A stretch of DNA of 64,000 nucleotides from Eledone cirrhosa (GCA_964016885.1 OZ024742.1:303986001-304050000), one strand, 5' to 3'. Shown: positions 13,471 through 27,055, numbered from the stretch's first letter. Made by a program: numbers and translations. The notes: generated from the letters alone by a model not told the origin.

Positions 13471-13829
13471 CAATAAAAGAGAAAACACAGGTAAGCATTA
13501 AAAAAGGGATTTTATGCAGGTATTTACATATCGCTCTACTGCAAATAGCAGCCACTCGATAATAACTGTTATTCACCTCCAAATTTTCAAAATAATGAAT
13601 AAGTTACTTGTAAAAGGTTCTTAATATATAAAAAAAAAACATTAATAAAAATCCTATTTACTAGTATAGAGAGAGAGGAAGGGGGAAGAGCTAGGAAGTA
13701 GGGGGACAAACGGTGATGGAGGGAGGGGTAAAGATGGAAGGATTCCTCGATCAGTTTTGATTCGTAGACTTGATGTCGTCAATTTACAGTGTAGGGAGTT
13801 AAAGAAGAGAATTAAATTGTTTATAGTGC

Positions 13830-13885
<56 letters not shown>

Positions 13886-14841
13886 AAGAGAGAGAGAGAA
13901 GGGGATAGATAGAGAGATAAATATATATATAAAAAAGAGGGAAGAGAAAAAAGAAGAAAATAAAAGAGAACAAAAAAATCAACAATAATATCGAAAGATC
14001 AATTTATTGCAGCCATGGACTTAAAGAAAAACTTTCGCACTACAAGTGAAAATCGAACCCTTAACCTCCTACTACCACCTGACAAACTGCATATACTTAG
14101 ACTTTATACCCTCTTATTGAATCTAACCCCTTTAATTACCCACAGTAACCAATACTTATGTCCCTCTCTCCTCCTTCATTCCTTTTTTTCTTTTTTCGTT
14201 TTCTTCTTTTCCTCTAACCCTTTTTTTTTGTTCTCTTTTCTTTTCTACCTTTTTCTCTTCCCCTTTTTTATATATATATATTTATCTTTCTATCTCCCCC
14301 CCTCTCTCTCTCCCTCCATAAACAATGTAATTCTCTTTAACGCCCTACACTGTAAATTGACGACATCAAGTCTACGAATCAAAACTGATCGAGGAATACT
14401 TCCATATTTACCCCTCCCTCCATCACCGTTTGTCCCCCTACTTCCTAATTCTTCTCCCCCTTCCTCTCTCTCTATACTAGTAAATACGATTTAAAAAAAT
14501 GTTTTTTTAATATATTAAGAACCTTTTACAAGTAACTTATTCATTATTTTGAAAATTTTGAGGTGAATAACAGTTATTATCGAGTGGCTGCTATTTGCAG
14601 TATAGCGATATAAGGTTGCGCTTACCAATGAAACGGTTGTAAATACCTGGATAAAATCCTTTTTTAATGCTTACCTGTGTTTTCTCTTTTATTGTTTATA
14701 CTCCAAGATTGAAAGGGATTTACTAACCAGATTCTTGCAAACTTGTGGAGTTACCCCTAACCGTACGTTAGAAACCGTTCAAGAAACTGGCTATCTTAAC
14801 CACGAACTGGATTACAATAAGCAATGTTCTGCTCTCCTAAC

Positions 14842-14845
<4 letters not shown>
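13471..14845 (+). mobile_element. Large fold-back element: ~500-bp inverted arms, ~240-bp spacer, unpaired 3' tail, in (TA)n
   Basis: 13471-13978 is the reverse complement of about 14221-14694. Tail 14695-14845. Confidence 0.85.
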
Positions 14846-14884
<39 letters not shown>

Positions 14885-14893
<9 letters not shown>

Positions 14894-15742
14894 CGTAAAA
14901 TAAGAAAATATTTTTAAAAAAAAATTTTTTTTTAATTTTTTACTTACTTACTTAAATTTTCACTCCAACTAATTAGTTTCTGCAATGGGATAAAGACAGT
15001 TACGTAATCCAACTGTCGAGAATTCATTGCGTCATCAGGGAGTCTATTCTCAGTTAAGTCTCCAGGCAATGCGCGGACACTGGCGGCTCATATAAAAATA
15101 ATAATAATTCGGTAGATCGAACAGCTGGCGAGGACTGGATTCTATGTACCGAAATTCTCACTGCTTCAGGTCAAATGGCCGATTCTAAAGAATCAATCAC
15201 GTGACACAGAGGCTAGTTAGAAGGAATGGGATGGTAAGGTGACTGACGCCTACTAACACCCCAAGAAAAAAAAAAAAAAAAAAAAAAATTTTTTTAGAAG
15301 TGGTTTTGGCAAGTTTGCTCGACAAATCAGTGATTTGGAGATAAATATAGATAATTTAATATATCAACTAACATAAGCGCACAGATGCACGCCCATGCTA
15401 GCAAATACACAGGTTATGTCGTAGTACCTAGGTGGTTCAATGCAGGAGAATGCAGAACAATAATATAAAAGACGTAAAATAAGAAAATATTTTTTTAAAA
15501 AAAATTTTTAAAAAATTTTTTTTATCCCATTGCAGAAACTAATTAGTTGGAGTGAAAATTTAAGTAAGTAAGTAAAAAATTTTTAAAAAATTTTTTTAAA
15601 AAAATATTTTCTTATTTTACGTCTTTTATATTATTGTTCTGCATTCTCCTGCATTGAACCACCTAGGTACTATGACATAACCTGTGTATTTGCTAGCATG
15701 GGCGTGCATCTGTGCGCTTATGTTAGTTGATATATTAAATTA

Positions 15743-15748
<6 letters not shown>
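14885..15748. mobile_element. Non-coding PLE pseudo-LTR-like element with partial tandem and inverted duplication
   Basis: 15346-15520 is inverted at about 15575-15748; 14885-14994 is inverted at 15521-15630. HHR at 14962-15043. (TA)n flanks. Confidence 0.8.
14962..15043 (-). ncRNA. Type I hammerhead ribozyme motif
   Basis: ACTCC-CTGATGA-C-GCAATG..GACAGTT/AACTGTC..CATTGC-A-GAAA-CTAATTAG-TT-GGAGT. Palindromic stem III ACTAATTAGT, GUU triplet. Confidence 0.85.
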
Positions 15749-15779
<31 letters not shown>

Positions 15780-16740
15780 GTTGTATAGTATAATAGAGGT
15801 GATTTACATTGATGTTGCAGTCGAGTCCAAAGCCTCACTAGCTGACTTTGTACCAATGATTCGCGAAACGTACGTATCAGGTCGATAATCAATAGGCTCA
15901 TGTAAACGAAACTTCATCGTTTTTTTCCCCTTATATATGCCACTCATCATTGACTGAAGGTTATGTATGGAAGCTATGAACCAGACCTGGGGTCGGGAGT
16001 TGTACTGTCAATTATGACTTTACAATTTGTTTTCATTTGTTGATTTACTTGTGGCTAGGAGCTTGTTGATAGGCGTAAACAGGCTGAGTTAATATGGTGC
16101 GTACTTGCAGAAGATTTTAGCCAGGACATGACCTTAAACTCTAAGCATCTTATTTCATCTAACTGTTGGAAAGTAATTCCAGATCAATGTATGGTACCGT
16201 GTATGTCGTTCGATAAGAAGTGATTGAATAAAGCATTCTTTAGAACTCTCTTCCATTCAGTTATTTCAATAGACAAATATCTCCTGTTGCATATAAAGAT
16301 GCTGTTGAGGTCTACACTATAGCAATTACTGTTTATACTGGTTTTCCGTACTAAGAACTTTTAAAATGTTCTATCTTCTATAGACGATGCAACAATAGCA
16401 ATGAAATATGGACTGAAAATTCCATGAATTTGAATCTAAAATACTATCTCAAATGAAACACTTCGCTTGTAATTTTCAACTGAAATTCGATCTGGAAAAC
16501 CCGATGGACACAAATATTTACATTCAGGCATAATTGCATTATTTCGAAGTCCTAATATCTAAGGTTGCACTCAATGGAAAATAGTGTAATTGTGAAATGA
16601 TGGGAAAATGACGTCAAAGTATACGATTGAAGTTATGTTGGCTTAAGGCTGGCATAAATTAGAATATTTTATATATTACCATACACTTTCCACACAAATC
16701 CTCGATACGACTAATTGAACATATACACGAGTGTGTGAGC

Positions 16741-16821
<81 letters not shown>

Positions 16822-16867
16822 CATGTGTGCGTATGCTTGTGTATTCACACACGTATATATATATAAA

Positions 16868-16903
<36 letters not shown>

Positions 16904-17183
16904 AACGAGAGGAGGGGACAGAAAATCTACAATGAAATTGTTAGTGTTGTATGTCAGAAAATATTGTATTTCTTGGTGTTAGAGAAGCATGATTTAATTT
17001 GATGCGCCGCTGTGGGGATATATTCAAGTGTTTCGGCGAACGACCTTCTTTAGAGGTGAGAAACAAATACGTCGTATTCTTTCTGGCTGAAGGATCCCAT
17101 GTATTAGAAAAGACAGCATGTGGTGGAGGGTAGCAGTTGCTTCGTTGTACATGTTGAGGAAGGTATTGATCAAACAGTGAGAG

Positions 17184-17245
<62 letters not shown>

Positions 17246-17249
<4 letters not shown>

Positions 17250-17531
17250 AAAAAGAGATGAAATCGAAAATGCAACTGGAGTCTTATTTTTTTTTTAAAT
17301 ATATATATTTATTTGGTTCCTTTACCGGTTTCGCAGTTCTTCTGCTTTTCAAAAGGTGAGTTGAGATGGAGGGTCTGTGGTTTTTGTGGTAAAGGAATCA
17401 CATAAATATATATATTTAAAAAAAAAAAAAAATAAGACTCCAGTTGCATTTTCCATTTCATCTCTTTTTCTTTATACTTTCACTCGTGTAGGAGACCTCG
17501 GTTATTTTTCATTTTGTAAAAAAAACCTCAC

Positions 17532-17540
<9 letters not shown>
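17246..17540 (+). mobile_element. Short fold-back-plus-tail element, family shared with 27124-27903
   Basis: Arms 17246-17327 and 17387-17473; tail ATACTTTCACTCGTGTAGGA...CCTCACTTTCTAAT; (TA)n flanks. Confidence 0.85.
17319..17356 (-). ncRNA. Variant minimal hammerhead with UUGAAAA core
   Basis: CCTT-TTGAAAA-GCAG/AAGAA/CTGC-GAAA-CCGG-TA-AAGG. Confidence 0.7.
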
Positions 17541-17624
<84 letters not shown>

Positions 17625-18477
17625 AAGAGAGAAAGAGAGAGGAGAGATAAGAGAGAGACAGTGAAAGAGAGAAAGACAGATCGCGTGAGAGCATGACTGA
17701 ATGAAACAATTTACGTATATTTAGGTCAAATCGATAGAAGAGCACTAATAGAGGAGGAAATATAAAAACAAATTTGTAGACATGACCAATTATGATGACA
17801 ATTGATTTGTCAACATAATCACAGGTGTAAACAAGAATACACAAGGATACACTCAAACACACCTCCATGGTATGATAACAGCATGAACCTGCACATATTG
17901 GAATATATTTCATTAGATATTCACAACAACACATGAGGCTTCTGAGATTAAGATGAGAGAAAATGGGAGAATATTTTATTTATGTCTCATGGAAAAAAGT
18001 TTCTGAGCTCTGAGATGATGTGTTTCCAGGGGTGTGATGAATCAAATATGTTAAACACTGAGAGTCAGTTAATGGAGCGATTCAGTCCCTTGCTACCGGG
18101 AGCTAAAGAAATCCGGGAATGCGCCGAAGATGTCTACGAATATATTAAACAAGATATGGTCTGTTTCATTAATGTAGATAACCTTAGATTGTGGAAAAGC
18201 TTCATGCCACCGAGTAGGTTCAATATATGAAAATAGGGTAATTTCCTGAGTTCAATTTATTCCCAGCATTCCAGGTAAGAATCTGATCCCGGCGTCCGAG
18301 TGGGTAACCATGAGGACGGCTAAGCTTTCAGGCTATGATATAAAGCGTACCAAATAATTCCAGCAAGCGGCGGTGACACCCGTGACATATATTACATGCA
18401 AAAATAGCGTCTCTTCCAGCTAATAGCAACATCGGTAACAATGCTACCAGTAACCATGGAAAAGTCATAATAGTAAA

Positions 18478-18697
18478 TAATTGTTTCTACTTTAGGTACA
18501 AGGTCAGCAATTTGAGGGGTGGGGGGGAGTCGAGCAAATCGATCTCAGTGCGTGACTGGTACTTTATTTATCGACCCCGTAATGATGAAAGGCAAAGCTA
18601 ACCTCAGCGGGATTTGAAATCAGAAGGCACAGGGCCGTAACTCAATGCTACAAAGTATGTTTTCCGTCGCTCTACCGATTCTGATAATCCACTGCCC
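18478..18697 (-). mobile_element. tRNA-derived SINE
   Basis: Reverse complement of the family motifs. Confidence 0.85.
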
Positions 18698-19678
18698 TCA
18701 CAATAAAAAAGATGGATGAATCGTAATAGGTGAATATATCCTAAAAGGAAAGTAGTTACGAAGAGTGGGTAATTATGATAGCAAGAAATACATGTGATAA
18801 ATGTAATTAATGTAGGTAAATAATCGAAAAGTAAGTGATTAATTGATGAGGTAGGTAATAGCTATAGAGCCGACATGAGGTCACGTAATATACAATAATA
18901 TATAATATAATGTATATGGCATAATACATAATACATAAAGTATATATAATAATACAAAGTTATAAAATCATAAAATTATAAATTTATGAAATTATAAACG
19001 GTCATAAAGTGTCGATATGACATTTTTAACGTTGGAGAACAATACGTGCCGGGTGAACATCGTGTTGTGTTTGCGTAATTACATCAGAAATGTCATAATA
19101 TGGTAAAATATATTACACTACAGAAGGCAATACAGTACATATGTGAAATAAAAGATAAAAGAATATCACGTTGATTCACTGAGATATCATCGACTATACT
19201 CAACATGGTCGATATTATAAAGCAGAAGCTATTCAAGCGGGTCACCGCGGCAAAGTATGGTGGATCATCTTCTCATATTCGTCGGTATTCATCCAATTAA
19301 TTGTTTTCAAATGTTGTATATTACCCAGAGAGTTTCTCCGTTAGGGTAAGTAAGCAAAAATAAGTTAAAATTCCTTATTACACCAGAAAGCGCTTAACAG
19401 TAACGAGAGCTGTTTGGCGCCCCGGACATTGTTAAAGACACCAAACAAATGGTTTTGGGTGGGTGTACGATTAGCTGTGATTGATAGCGTCCAATATCCG
19501 GAATGTCGCTGTAAAGCATTCCACCTCCTCGGTTGCGCCTAAAAATCCATAATGCATAGCATTGTCATGTGTCTGATATACGGGGGCAGTCTGTCACAGC
19601 CTTCACATCAATTAACCTATCAACTCTCTGTTTATATTTTGCCGTAACCCAAAAGTTTATTACTTTATTATTTATACA

Positions 19679-19797
19679 CCTGAGTTCAAATCCAGCCGAG
19701 GTTAACTTTGCCTTTCATCCGTACATGGTCGATAAAATAAGTACCAGTAATACACTGGTGTAATTGGTGGCTTTGTGCCAAAAGTAGAAACAATTAT
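19679..19797 (+). mobile_element. SINE, 5'-truncated
   Basis: CTGAGTTCAAATCC...GCCTTTCATCC...GTAGAAACAATTATT. Confidence 0.85.
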
Positions 19798-19887
19798 TTG
19801 TTACACCTGACGATGGCACGGATGTCTTTCGTCATGATGAGATGACGTAAGCCACTGGCCACAGAAATCCGTATATTGTGCTTACAA

Positions 19888-20272
19888 AACGTTTCGACGG
19901 CTTGAGCTCTGCCGTCGGGGTTAAAATTTTTCATATTACCCACTCTATTACCCTAAGTATTGAGTACTCTAGTGCGTTATGGTCCATCTGGTTCCTTACC
20001 ACACCTCCTTCGTTATATATATATATATATATTCATTCATGCCTTTACGCTTTGGCTTCTAACTAATTCACCAATCTCTCCTCTCCTATCTCCTCTCCTA
20101 TCTCCATCTCTCTCTTTAAGATTGGTTACTGTTGAACTGTGTATATATATATATAGGAAAATGTTCAAGACCCCGACGGCAGAGCTCAAGCCGTTTCGAC
20201 CGAGAAATAGCCGTCGAAACGGTGCGTTATGGTGCGTTATGGTCCACCTGGTCCCTTACCACACACCCTTCG

Positions 20273-20275
<3 letters not shown>
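19888..20275 (+). repeat. Two rearranged copies of the hairpin-plus-tail family
   Basis: GACGGCTTGAGCTCTGCCGTCGGGG plus tail (19888-20015); GACCCCGACGGCAGAGCTCAAGCCGTTTCGAC...GTCGAAACGG plus partial tail (20168-20275). Confidence 0.85.
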
Positions 20276-20359
<84 letters not shown>

Positions 20360-20362
<3 letters not shown>

Positions 20363-21198
20363 GGTGTGGACAATATTTATTCGTAATTTTCAACTGCTAA
20401 TTTTATGCAAATTGTTTTTACTTCCGTGGTCACTCTTGTCTTCATAAAAACAGTTGAAACATCCACGGGAGCCAGACATGCTGTGGTTTTTCTCCGACGA
20501 GAAAAACTTCTGCCAACACCAGAAAATCATCTCCCAGAACAACAGGTGGCTCGCTGTCTCATCCAAAGACGTGCCCAGAGTCATGCAGACAAAGTTTCCA
20601 GCGACAACATTGGTCTTAGGTGTCGTCAGTAGTCAAAGTGACGTCATGTCACCCCACTTCTTCCCTGAGGGCCTCAAGCTGAACACCGATGGCTACATCC
20701 GCGTTCTGAGCGAGGTAGTAAAGCCCTGGATCGACCAGGTAGCTGCAGGTAGGCCGTACATATGGCAGCAAGACTCAGCGCCCTGCCATACCAGCCGAAA
20801 TACCCAAGCCTGGCTGTCTGAGAACTTCGTCGACCACACTTCACCTAACATCTGGCCTCCCAGCTCGCCTGACTGCAACCCCCTCGACTTCTCTGTGTGG
20901 GGCTCAGTGGAGCGAGACACCAACAGATCTAGCTGCAATACGAAAGACGATCTGAAGGCCAGGATCACAAGTGGCTTTAGGGGCCTAAGTCGGGGGACAG
21001 TGACAAAGGTCTGTAGCCAGTTCCGAGGCCGCCTTGAGGCTGTGATCAAAGCCAATGGCGGGTTTATCGAGTGAGATCGAAAGAACAAGTCATTAAGACA
21101 AACTGACCCAAGTTTTATAAATAAATAAAAAAAGATAAAACTACTGTGTTACTTTTTCCTAGACAGTAATCTTGCGAACAGATATTGTCCGCACCCTG
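20360..21198 (+). mobile_element. Tc1/mariner DD37D (maT-type) transposon, internally deleted
   Basis: 27-bp imperfect TIRs (CAGGGTGTGGACAATATTTATTCGTAA and the reverse complement of TTGCGAACAGATATTGTCCGCACCCTG); TA on both sides. Confidence 0.92.
20454..21074 (+). pseudogene. Transposase catalytic domain only (DD37D), N-terminal DNA-binding domain deleted
   Basis: WFFSDEKNF; WQQDSAPCH; WPPSSPDCNPLDFSVW; 37 residues between the second and third Asp. No ATG start. Confidence 0.9.
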
Positions 21199-21219
21199 TA
21201 TATATATATATATATATAT

Positions 21220-21530
21220 TAAAATACAAATATTAATAAAATAGATGTTCTTTTGATCTATTAAATTTTATTATACATATTGTTACGTTTTCTCTTAGGT
21301 TAATCACTACCTTGATTAAATCTTAACCATTTAACATCTCAGGGTATGTCATGTATCATTATATTTTGTCTGATGAGGACGTACCTCCAAAATATGTATA
21401 ATAAAATTTAATTGATCAAAAGAACATCTATTTTATTAATATTTGTATTTTAATATTAATAACTCTGGAAAATTATTTATTCCTGTAGAGTGCTTCCAAT
21501 CTACTGTAAAACTTATTCTTTGATGTACTC
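21220..21530 (+). mobile_element. Fold-back-plus-tail element with an inactivated hammerhead (21363-21407)
   Basis: 21220-21281 is inverted at 21391-21452. ATTTTGT-CTGATGA-GGACGTACCTCC-AAAA-TATGTAT-A-ATAAAAT: GAAA is mutated and stem II has collapsed at the GTAC microhomology relative to the 10297 copy. Confidence 0.7.
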
Positions 21531-21552
21531 ATTGAATCTTGTTTAACTCTTT

Positions 21553-21680
<128 letters not shown>

Positions 21681-23539
21681 GATAAATAAGGTATATCCGG
21701 AATGAATGTTTAAACAAGAAAGCTTCTTACCAGAAAGTTTGACTCGACGGCACACACATACACACATACATATATATGTGTGTGTGTGTGTGTGTAGTTG
21801 ATATTGTGGACTTGAAGATTAATAGTATTGGGTACAAAACATAATATAGCTGAAATGTATAATGATAAAATTACACAATATAATATCACATATAGCAATT
21901 ATATTATAGATAAAGATGATATCACTGCAAAAAGAATAGTAGATATGTCTAGCATATCATCGTAAGAAATATAGAAATCAATATGGTTGGAGAATCACAA
22001 TATTACTGAACGAATTTATTGTAGAGTTGGGCAACATAATATCAACAAATAGCATTATTTTGAGGTGTACTATATGGTATCAGTGAAACATGATGGTAGG
22101 AGGGCACACAATTCAATATCACTAAATGATATAAGATGAAACAATACTCATTGAAGAAATATTTGTAGGGAATACAATATATAACATTACAGATATTATG
22201 TTACGCATTTTTAGTGCAATATCACTGCAGGAATTTACCATGAAAGATATATAATATATCTGAACACATAAGCTGGTAAACAATCATTTATGAATATATA
22301 TCAGTAAACATTGTTGAGCAAAATATCTTTTTTCAGTGCAGGAGAGGGTATAGATCATGGCATTATTGAGGTGTCTCTTAGAGATGAGAGAGAGGAAGGG
22401 TTTTCGTTTGATATTTTAATACTTTTCGTTTAGATTATAAGAGAAGGGACTTTGTTAGAGACAGCCAATGACAAGATAATAGTGATAAACTAGGAAATGG
22501 ATTACATTTACAAAAAACAAAAAAGTATTGTTCTATCAGACGGGCATCCATACAGGTACCATCCGAAGAAAATTCTGCTCACAGAATATTGGTGAATATA
22601 AAGTTATGAAAGAAGACGCTTAACCAAGATGCCAAGACCTCGAAGTACGATAAACAAATAAGTCAACAAGTGGACTTATTTCTATTATATGAAGATTTAT
22701 ATTTAGCTAAATTAATATTGATTCTACTAATACCGTTTCGGCGTTATTGTTTCTTAACTAATCTCTCTCTTTTAATTGTAACTTTGCATTGCATTAGTAG
22801 CTATTTTTAAGTGTATGTATGAGAAAATATTTCTCTAAGGCAGCTAGAAACTACAATGACCTATTAGGAGTGCATTAATGTACATATAGGTCATTAATAA
22901 GTTATGTATAGGGGCTGATAGTGTACGAACACAAAATATGATGTAGAGTGATTCGACTAATGTATTCTCTCTCTGTGCAATTACAGCTAGTGTATTAAAT
23001 CTATTTGCATGTAATAATTTTTTCTACTTTTGGCTGCCATTCATTGAAACTTTAGGCCTGCCATTCATTGAAACTAGAAACTTTTAATTAATATATTTGT
23101 ATATATTTTTTACCTAGCTCCTATGAATTCTTTTGACTCCTCAGGGATAAATGAAGAACTAGAGAATGGCAGAAAAGTTTTAATGCATTTCTTCGTAGGT
23201 AGCCATTTTGGAAGAAAAATAAGCATTTACTACGCTTGCTAATTGTATCCACCTTGAGTGAAATATATTCTGATCCTTTGATCTTTTACTTATTTGCCGT
23301 CTGTAGTTCACTGTATGTCGGCCGTGTAAAATATTTCAATAGTTAGATTTTTCAATTTGATCGCCGGCAATTACAATCGAGTGTAACTTTGGGGGAGATA
23401 ATCCATTTGTTACATATTGGCGGTAGAACATTTTCATTAGTCGAATGAGAGGAGAGAGTTTTTGTGAACTTCGGAGGTCCCTTCTCAGCCAGGTGCTAAC
23501 GCAAACCATCTTCCTTCATTCATCTAATTCCTTTATATA

Positions 23540-23625
<86 letters not shown>

Positions 23626-24553
23626 CATTCACAGCGTTCACAATGTTCTGCTCCTAAGGAAGAGATAACCTGAATCAAAACAAAATATGAATTTTTTATT
23701 AACTGACAGAGAGTGTATTTTATGAAATTTTCTTGAATCCAGTATAACATACTCTATATTATATTGATTCTTATTATTCGAAATTTATTATTGGAATACA
23801 AAATGTTTAATGTCACAAAACATGTTTTCACTACTGAGTTACTAAATTCCAGTGACATTACTTTCTAAATCAGATTTTGTAAGACTGATTTTGATAGCTA
23901 GCACATTGTAGATTTTTCTCATCACACCGAAATTATAGGGCTGTAATTGTACATAATCTACAGAGAGAAAAGGTAAGCTATGATAGATTGTATCAGGAAA
24001 GGGCAACATAAAGTTTTCTTTAGGAATACCATCAGACATTAATTAAATGTTAGGCAAAAAAAAAAAAAAAGAAACTGTATAAGAAGCCATGCAAAGTAGT
24101 TAACAAGACAGCAGCAGCAGCGCATTCCTAAACAGGATGCATCCAAAATGGAATTGATTAGCGGAGCCGATTTCGAATTGAAAACAAGCACAGAATGAAA
24201 GAACATTCTATATACATATTGGAAAATGTTTGAGTGTGAATTATAATTTCAAAAATGTGCAATGCGACAAGTTAGTTAAACTTTTTCAGGCTTCGTGTAT
24301 TTTAATAAGAAATGTGTTAGATTAAGAGATAAATATTCCAGACATCGAATAAATAATATGCTGTAATTATGACGAGGAAGAGAACAAATATCACAAGTGA
24401 TTTGCACTGAAACCAAATAGAGAATAGCTTTCTATTTTTCTTAAAACCCTATACTGACAAATGTTCTTAAATTTATCATTTATTGGACTATGTTAATCGT
24501 TTCGCTTTAGCATGGGTTCGCGCAATTTACCAGGAAATTCAGTAAGTCATAGC

Positions 24554-24740
24554 TAGATAATGGTTTCTGATTTTGGCACACGGCCGACAATTTGGGGTGA
24601 GGCGAAAGTCGATTAAATCGACGCCAAATCATTACCGGTGTATTATTATATCGACCCTGAAAGGCGGGATTTAAACTCAGAACGCAAAGGGCCATAACTC
24701 TATGTCACAAGGCATGGTGTCTGACGCTCTACCGCTACTA
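24554..24740 (-). mobile_element. SINE, diverged copy
   Basis: GGCGGGATTTAAACTCAGAACG..AAGGGCC.TAACTCTATG is the reverse complement of the SINE head. Confidence 0.75.
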
Positions 24741-27055
24741 CCAAAAATATGCCAAAGTTTTGCATCACATTTCTGTAGATGATAAACGCCTCCGAAGAAG
24801 AGTCTTCAAATGTTAAAAGACCTTCCATATCTGCGTGAAACAATTGGACTATTCTGACGTGTCTAGAAAGACAATCGTTCTTCGCAAGGATTTGGAACAG
24901 GCCGGTTCTACTAACTAGGTTGAATGATTTTGTTAGGTTTAAGAAGGGGGTGTAGAGTGTTTTCCCTTGCTCTCGGTAGTTGCTTTGTAGCTTTCGAAGG
25001 TAGATCATGTCGATGTTGGAGTGTTTTGACCTGTAACCGCACTAAAATTGGGGCTCTACATGCTGTGATTTTCTGTAGTCTGTTCAGGACCACAGAGGCA
25101 GAGACCTTCCCAAACATATTCAACAGTGCGATACTTCGGTACTTATTACATTCACTTCTGTCTTCTTTGTTCTTATAAAAGGTGACAATGTTACAGTTCC
25201 CCATGGCTTGTGGGATTGTTAACTCGTACCAAAACTAGCAGAGTAGTTACATCTAATAGCCAAGGGTAACTCTCTTTGTAGCATCCTTGAGTACATTTGG
25301 TGGGATGCAATCCAATTATGGTGTCTTGCCCGTGGGAAGTCTCTCGATTAGTTTGCTTAGATCTACAGCGGTCGTCAATGAATCTAGCAGCTCCACGGTG
25401 TCTAGCGCATTGTCAAAGATGTTGTTTTCCCTGGAACAGAGTTGGGATTAAAGCTTCACAACTCTCAGCATCTGCCCTCTTATGCCTTTCATGGCATTGC
25501 CTGTCCTGGATTTTAGTGGAGCTGTCTTACTCTGGGTTGGGCGGATGGCTTGCTTGATCCCCTTATACATTCCGCGAATATCCCCTGCGCCAAATGATAA
25601 ATAGCTGCCTACGCAGAGTTGTGGCCAGTAATCATTTGCATAGTTCCTCATTGCCTTTTGTGTGTTTCTTCTTGCTATGCTCAAAGCCTGCAGCGTTGCC
25701 GTGTTAGATTAATGTTCGTACTTTAATAGAACAAAACGTGTCCCCTCCATGATTGCATTGCGCTCATTCACGTTATTCTTGAAACAGTCATGTATCTTCT
25801 TTTAACTCCTTCCCGATGGGTTTCAATGTAATGGTGCTATTGCTGGTGTCTGAGGGTAACCCGTCTCTGCTTAACAGTTCCTTCTTGTTGGTTTGTAAGC
25901 AGGGGGTCCTCCAGTTACTTAAATACAAGTGCTTTGGCTGAATGTTGGGACGCAGTTGCATGACCGGAGGATTGGCCTATTGCATCTTATTTGAATAAAA
26001 TCCGAGATAACAGCAGGCCAAGGATTGATCTATGTGACAGTCACGATTCTGAAAGAACCGAGTCAGGAGCCCATTTCTCAAATGGCTGCGCCATTTGAGG
26101 ATCAGATCAAGTTAGTAACCTGGATGTAGAAGTTGGTGACACATATTGGTTCGTCAAGTATGAAATTCGTAGAAATTTGTAGAAAAAAAAATGTCTACAA
26201 AATCCATACGTGACGAGCCAATATATTTTATGGGACACAAAATGTTGTTGTCCATTTTCATTGGTTGCAGATACCCTAGGATTACATTCAGCGTGGGCAG
26301 AAGTTGTGATACGCTTCCACTTTGGAGAAGAAGTCACAAGGAAGCACCTCCTCTTTTCCATTTGGGATCTTCTGAGAGCTGGTTGTAAAACTCATCCTTG
26401 TGAGGAATAGAGGATGGGGTCATAAGTGTTGACAAATTTGATAGGCCCATCAGAAGTATGCACAACCAATCAGATCCGGTGTTGCTATGTCCCATCATCT
26501 TCAATAGCGGGCTCTTCACAGCAAAGTCGTTACCTTGCTCGCTGGCCTCCTATATGAATTCCACCTGCAGGAAGACTATATGCGCTCTCTCACGAAGTGT
26601 CCCCAAAATCCTGGATCCACGTCTCTTAGAGTGCTATAAAGTCCACTCGAAGTCCTAGCAGTTCATTGTTAATTACTGCTAGTTCGCTGGTGTCGCTGAC
26701 TAATAGTCGTGGTCGGTATTTTCTAGCATCTAAATCTGAATGCTGATTTCTTTCTTAGAATGTTTGTTGCTTTGATTAGTGTGTTGTTTACAGGCCCACG
26801 ATTAATATCCCTAATAGGTTGAGCTCTCCTGTGAGGTGCGACGGTATCTTTCTCCGTCGAAAGCAATTGCCGACGACTTGATCTATGCCAAGCATGTGTA
26901 CATATATAACCGTTAGTCTGTTGCTTTCTGGATTTTGCCACTAGGATGAGGCGACACTGGAGCGTCTTCCCCAGGGCGTAGGGTTGGCCAGGTTTTATGA
27001 GAGACCGATAGAGGCCCTTTGTGACGCATTCCGCATCACATTTAGCAACCTTGGA
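24741..27055 (-). pseudogene. Decayed RTE-clade (BovB-like) LINE: 5' UTR, APE endonuclease and N-terminal RT
   Basis: Fragments HKDEFYNQL; ENGQ; YANDYWPQLC...GDIRGMYKGIKQA..PT..KTAPLKS; NIVTFYKNKEDRSECNKYRSIALL; FLNLTKSFNLVSRTGLFQIL. Many stops and frameshifts. Confidence 0.85.

Noticed and set aside
15808-15890. GAAACGTACGTA (palindromic stem III-like)
   Set aside because: No intact CUGANGA core with a matching stem I upstream.
18030-18158. Possible host exon (TTTCCAG | GCDESNMLNTESQLMERFSPLLPGAKEIRECAEDVYEYIKQDM | GTCTGT)
   Set aside because: Plausible acceptor but weak donor, no recognisable domain and no partner exons. Needs RNA-seq or BLASTx.
19120-19620. Higher-complexity stretch with a GTAAGT donor-like site at about 19346
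   Set aside because: No reading frame gives a recognisable protein and the implied intron would be only about 40 bp.
19801-19885. CTGACGA...GAAAT hammerhead-like string
   Set aside because: Stem II register, stem III and stem I are all poor, so it was not counted.
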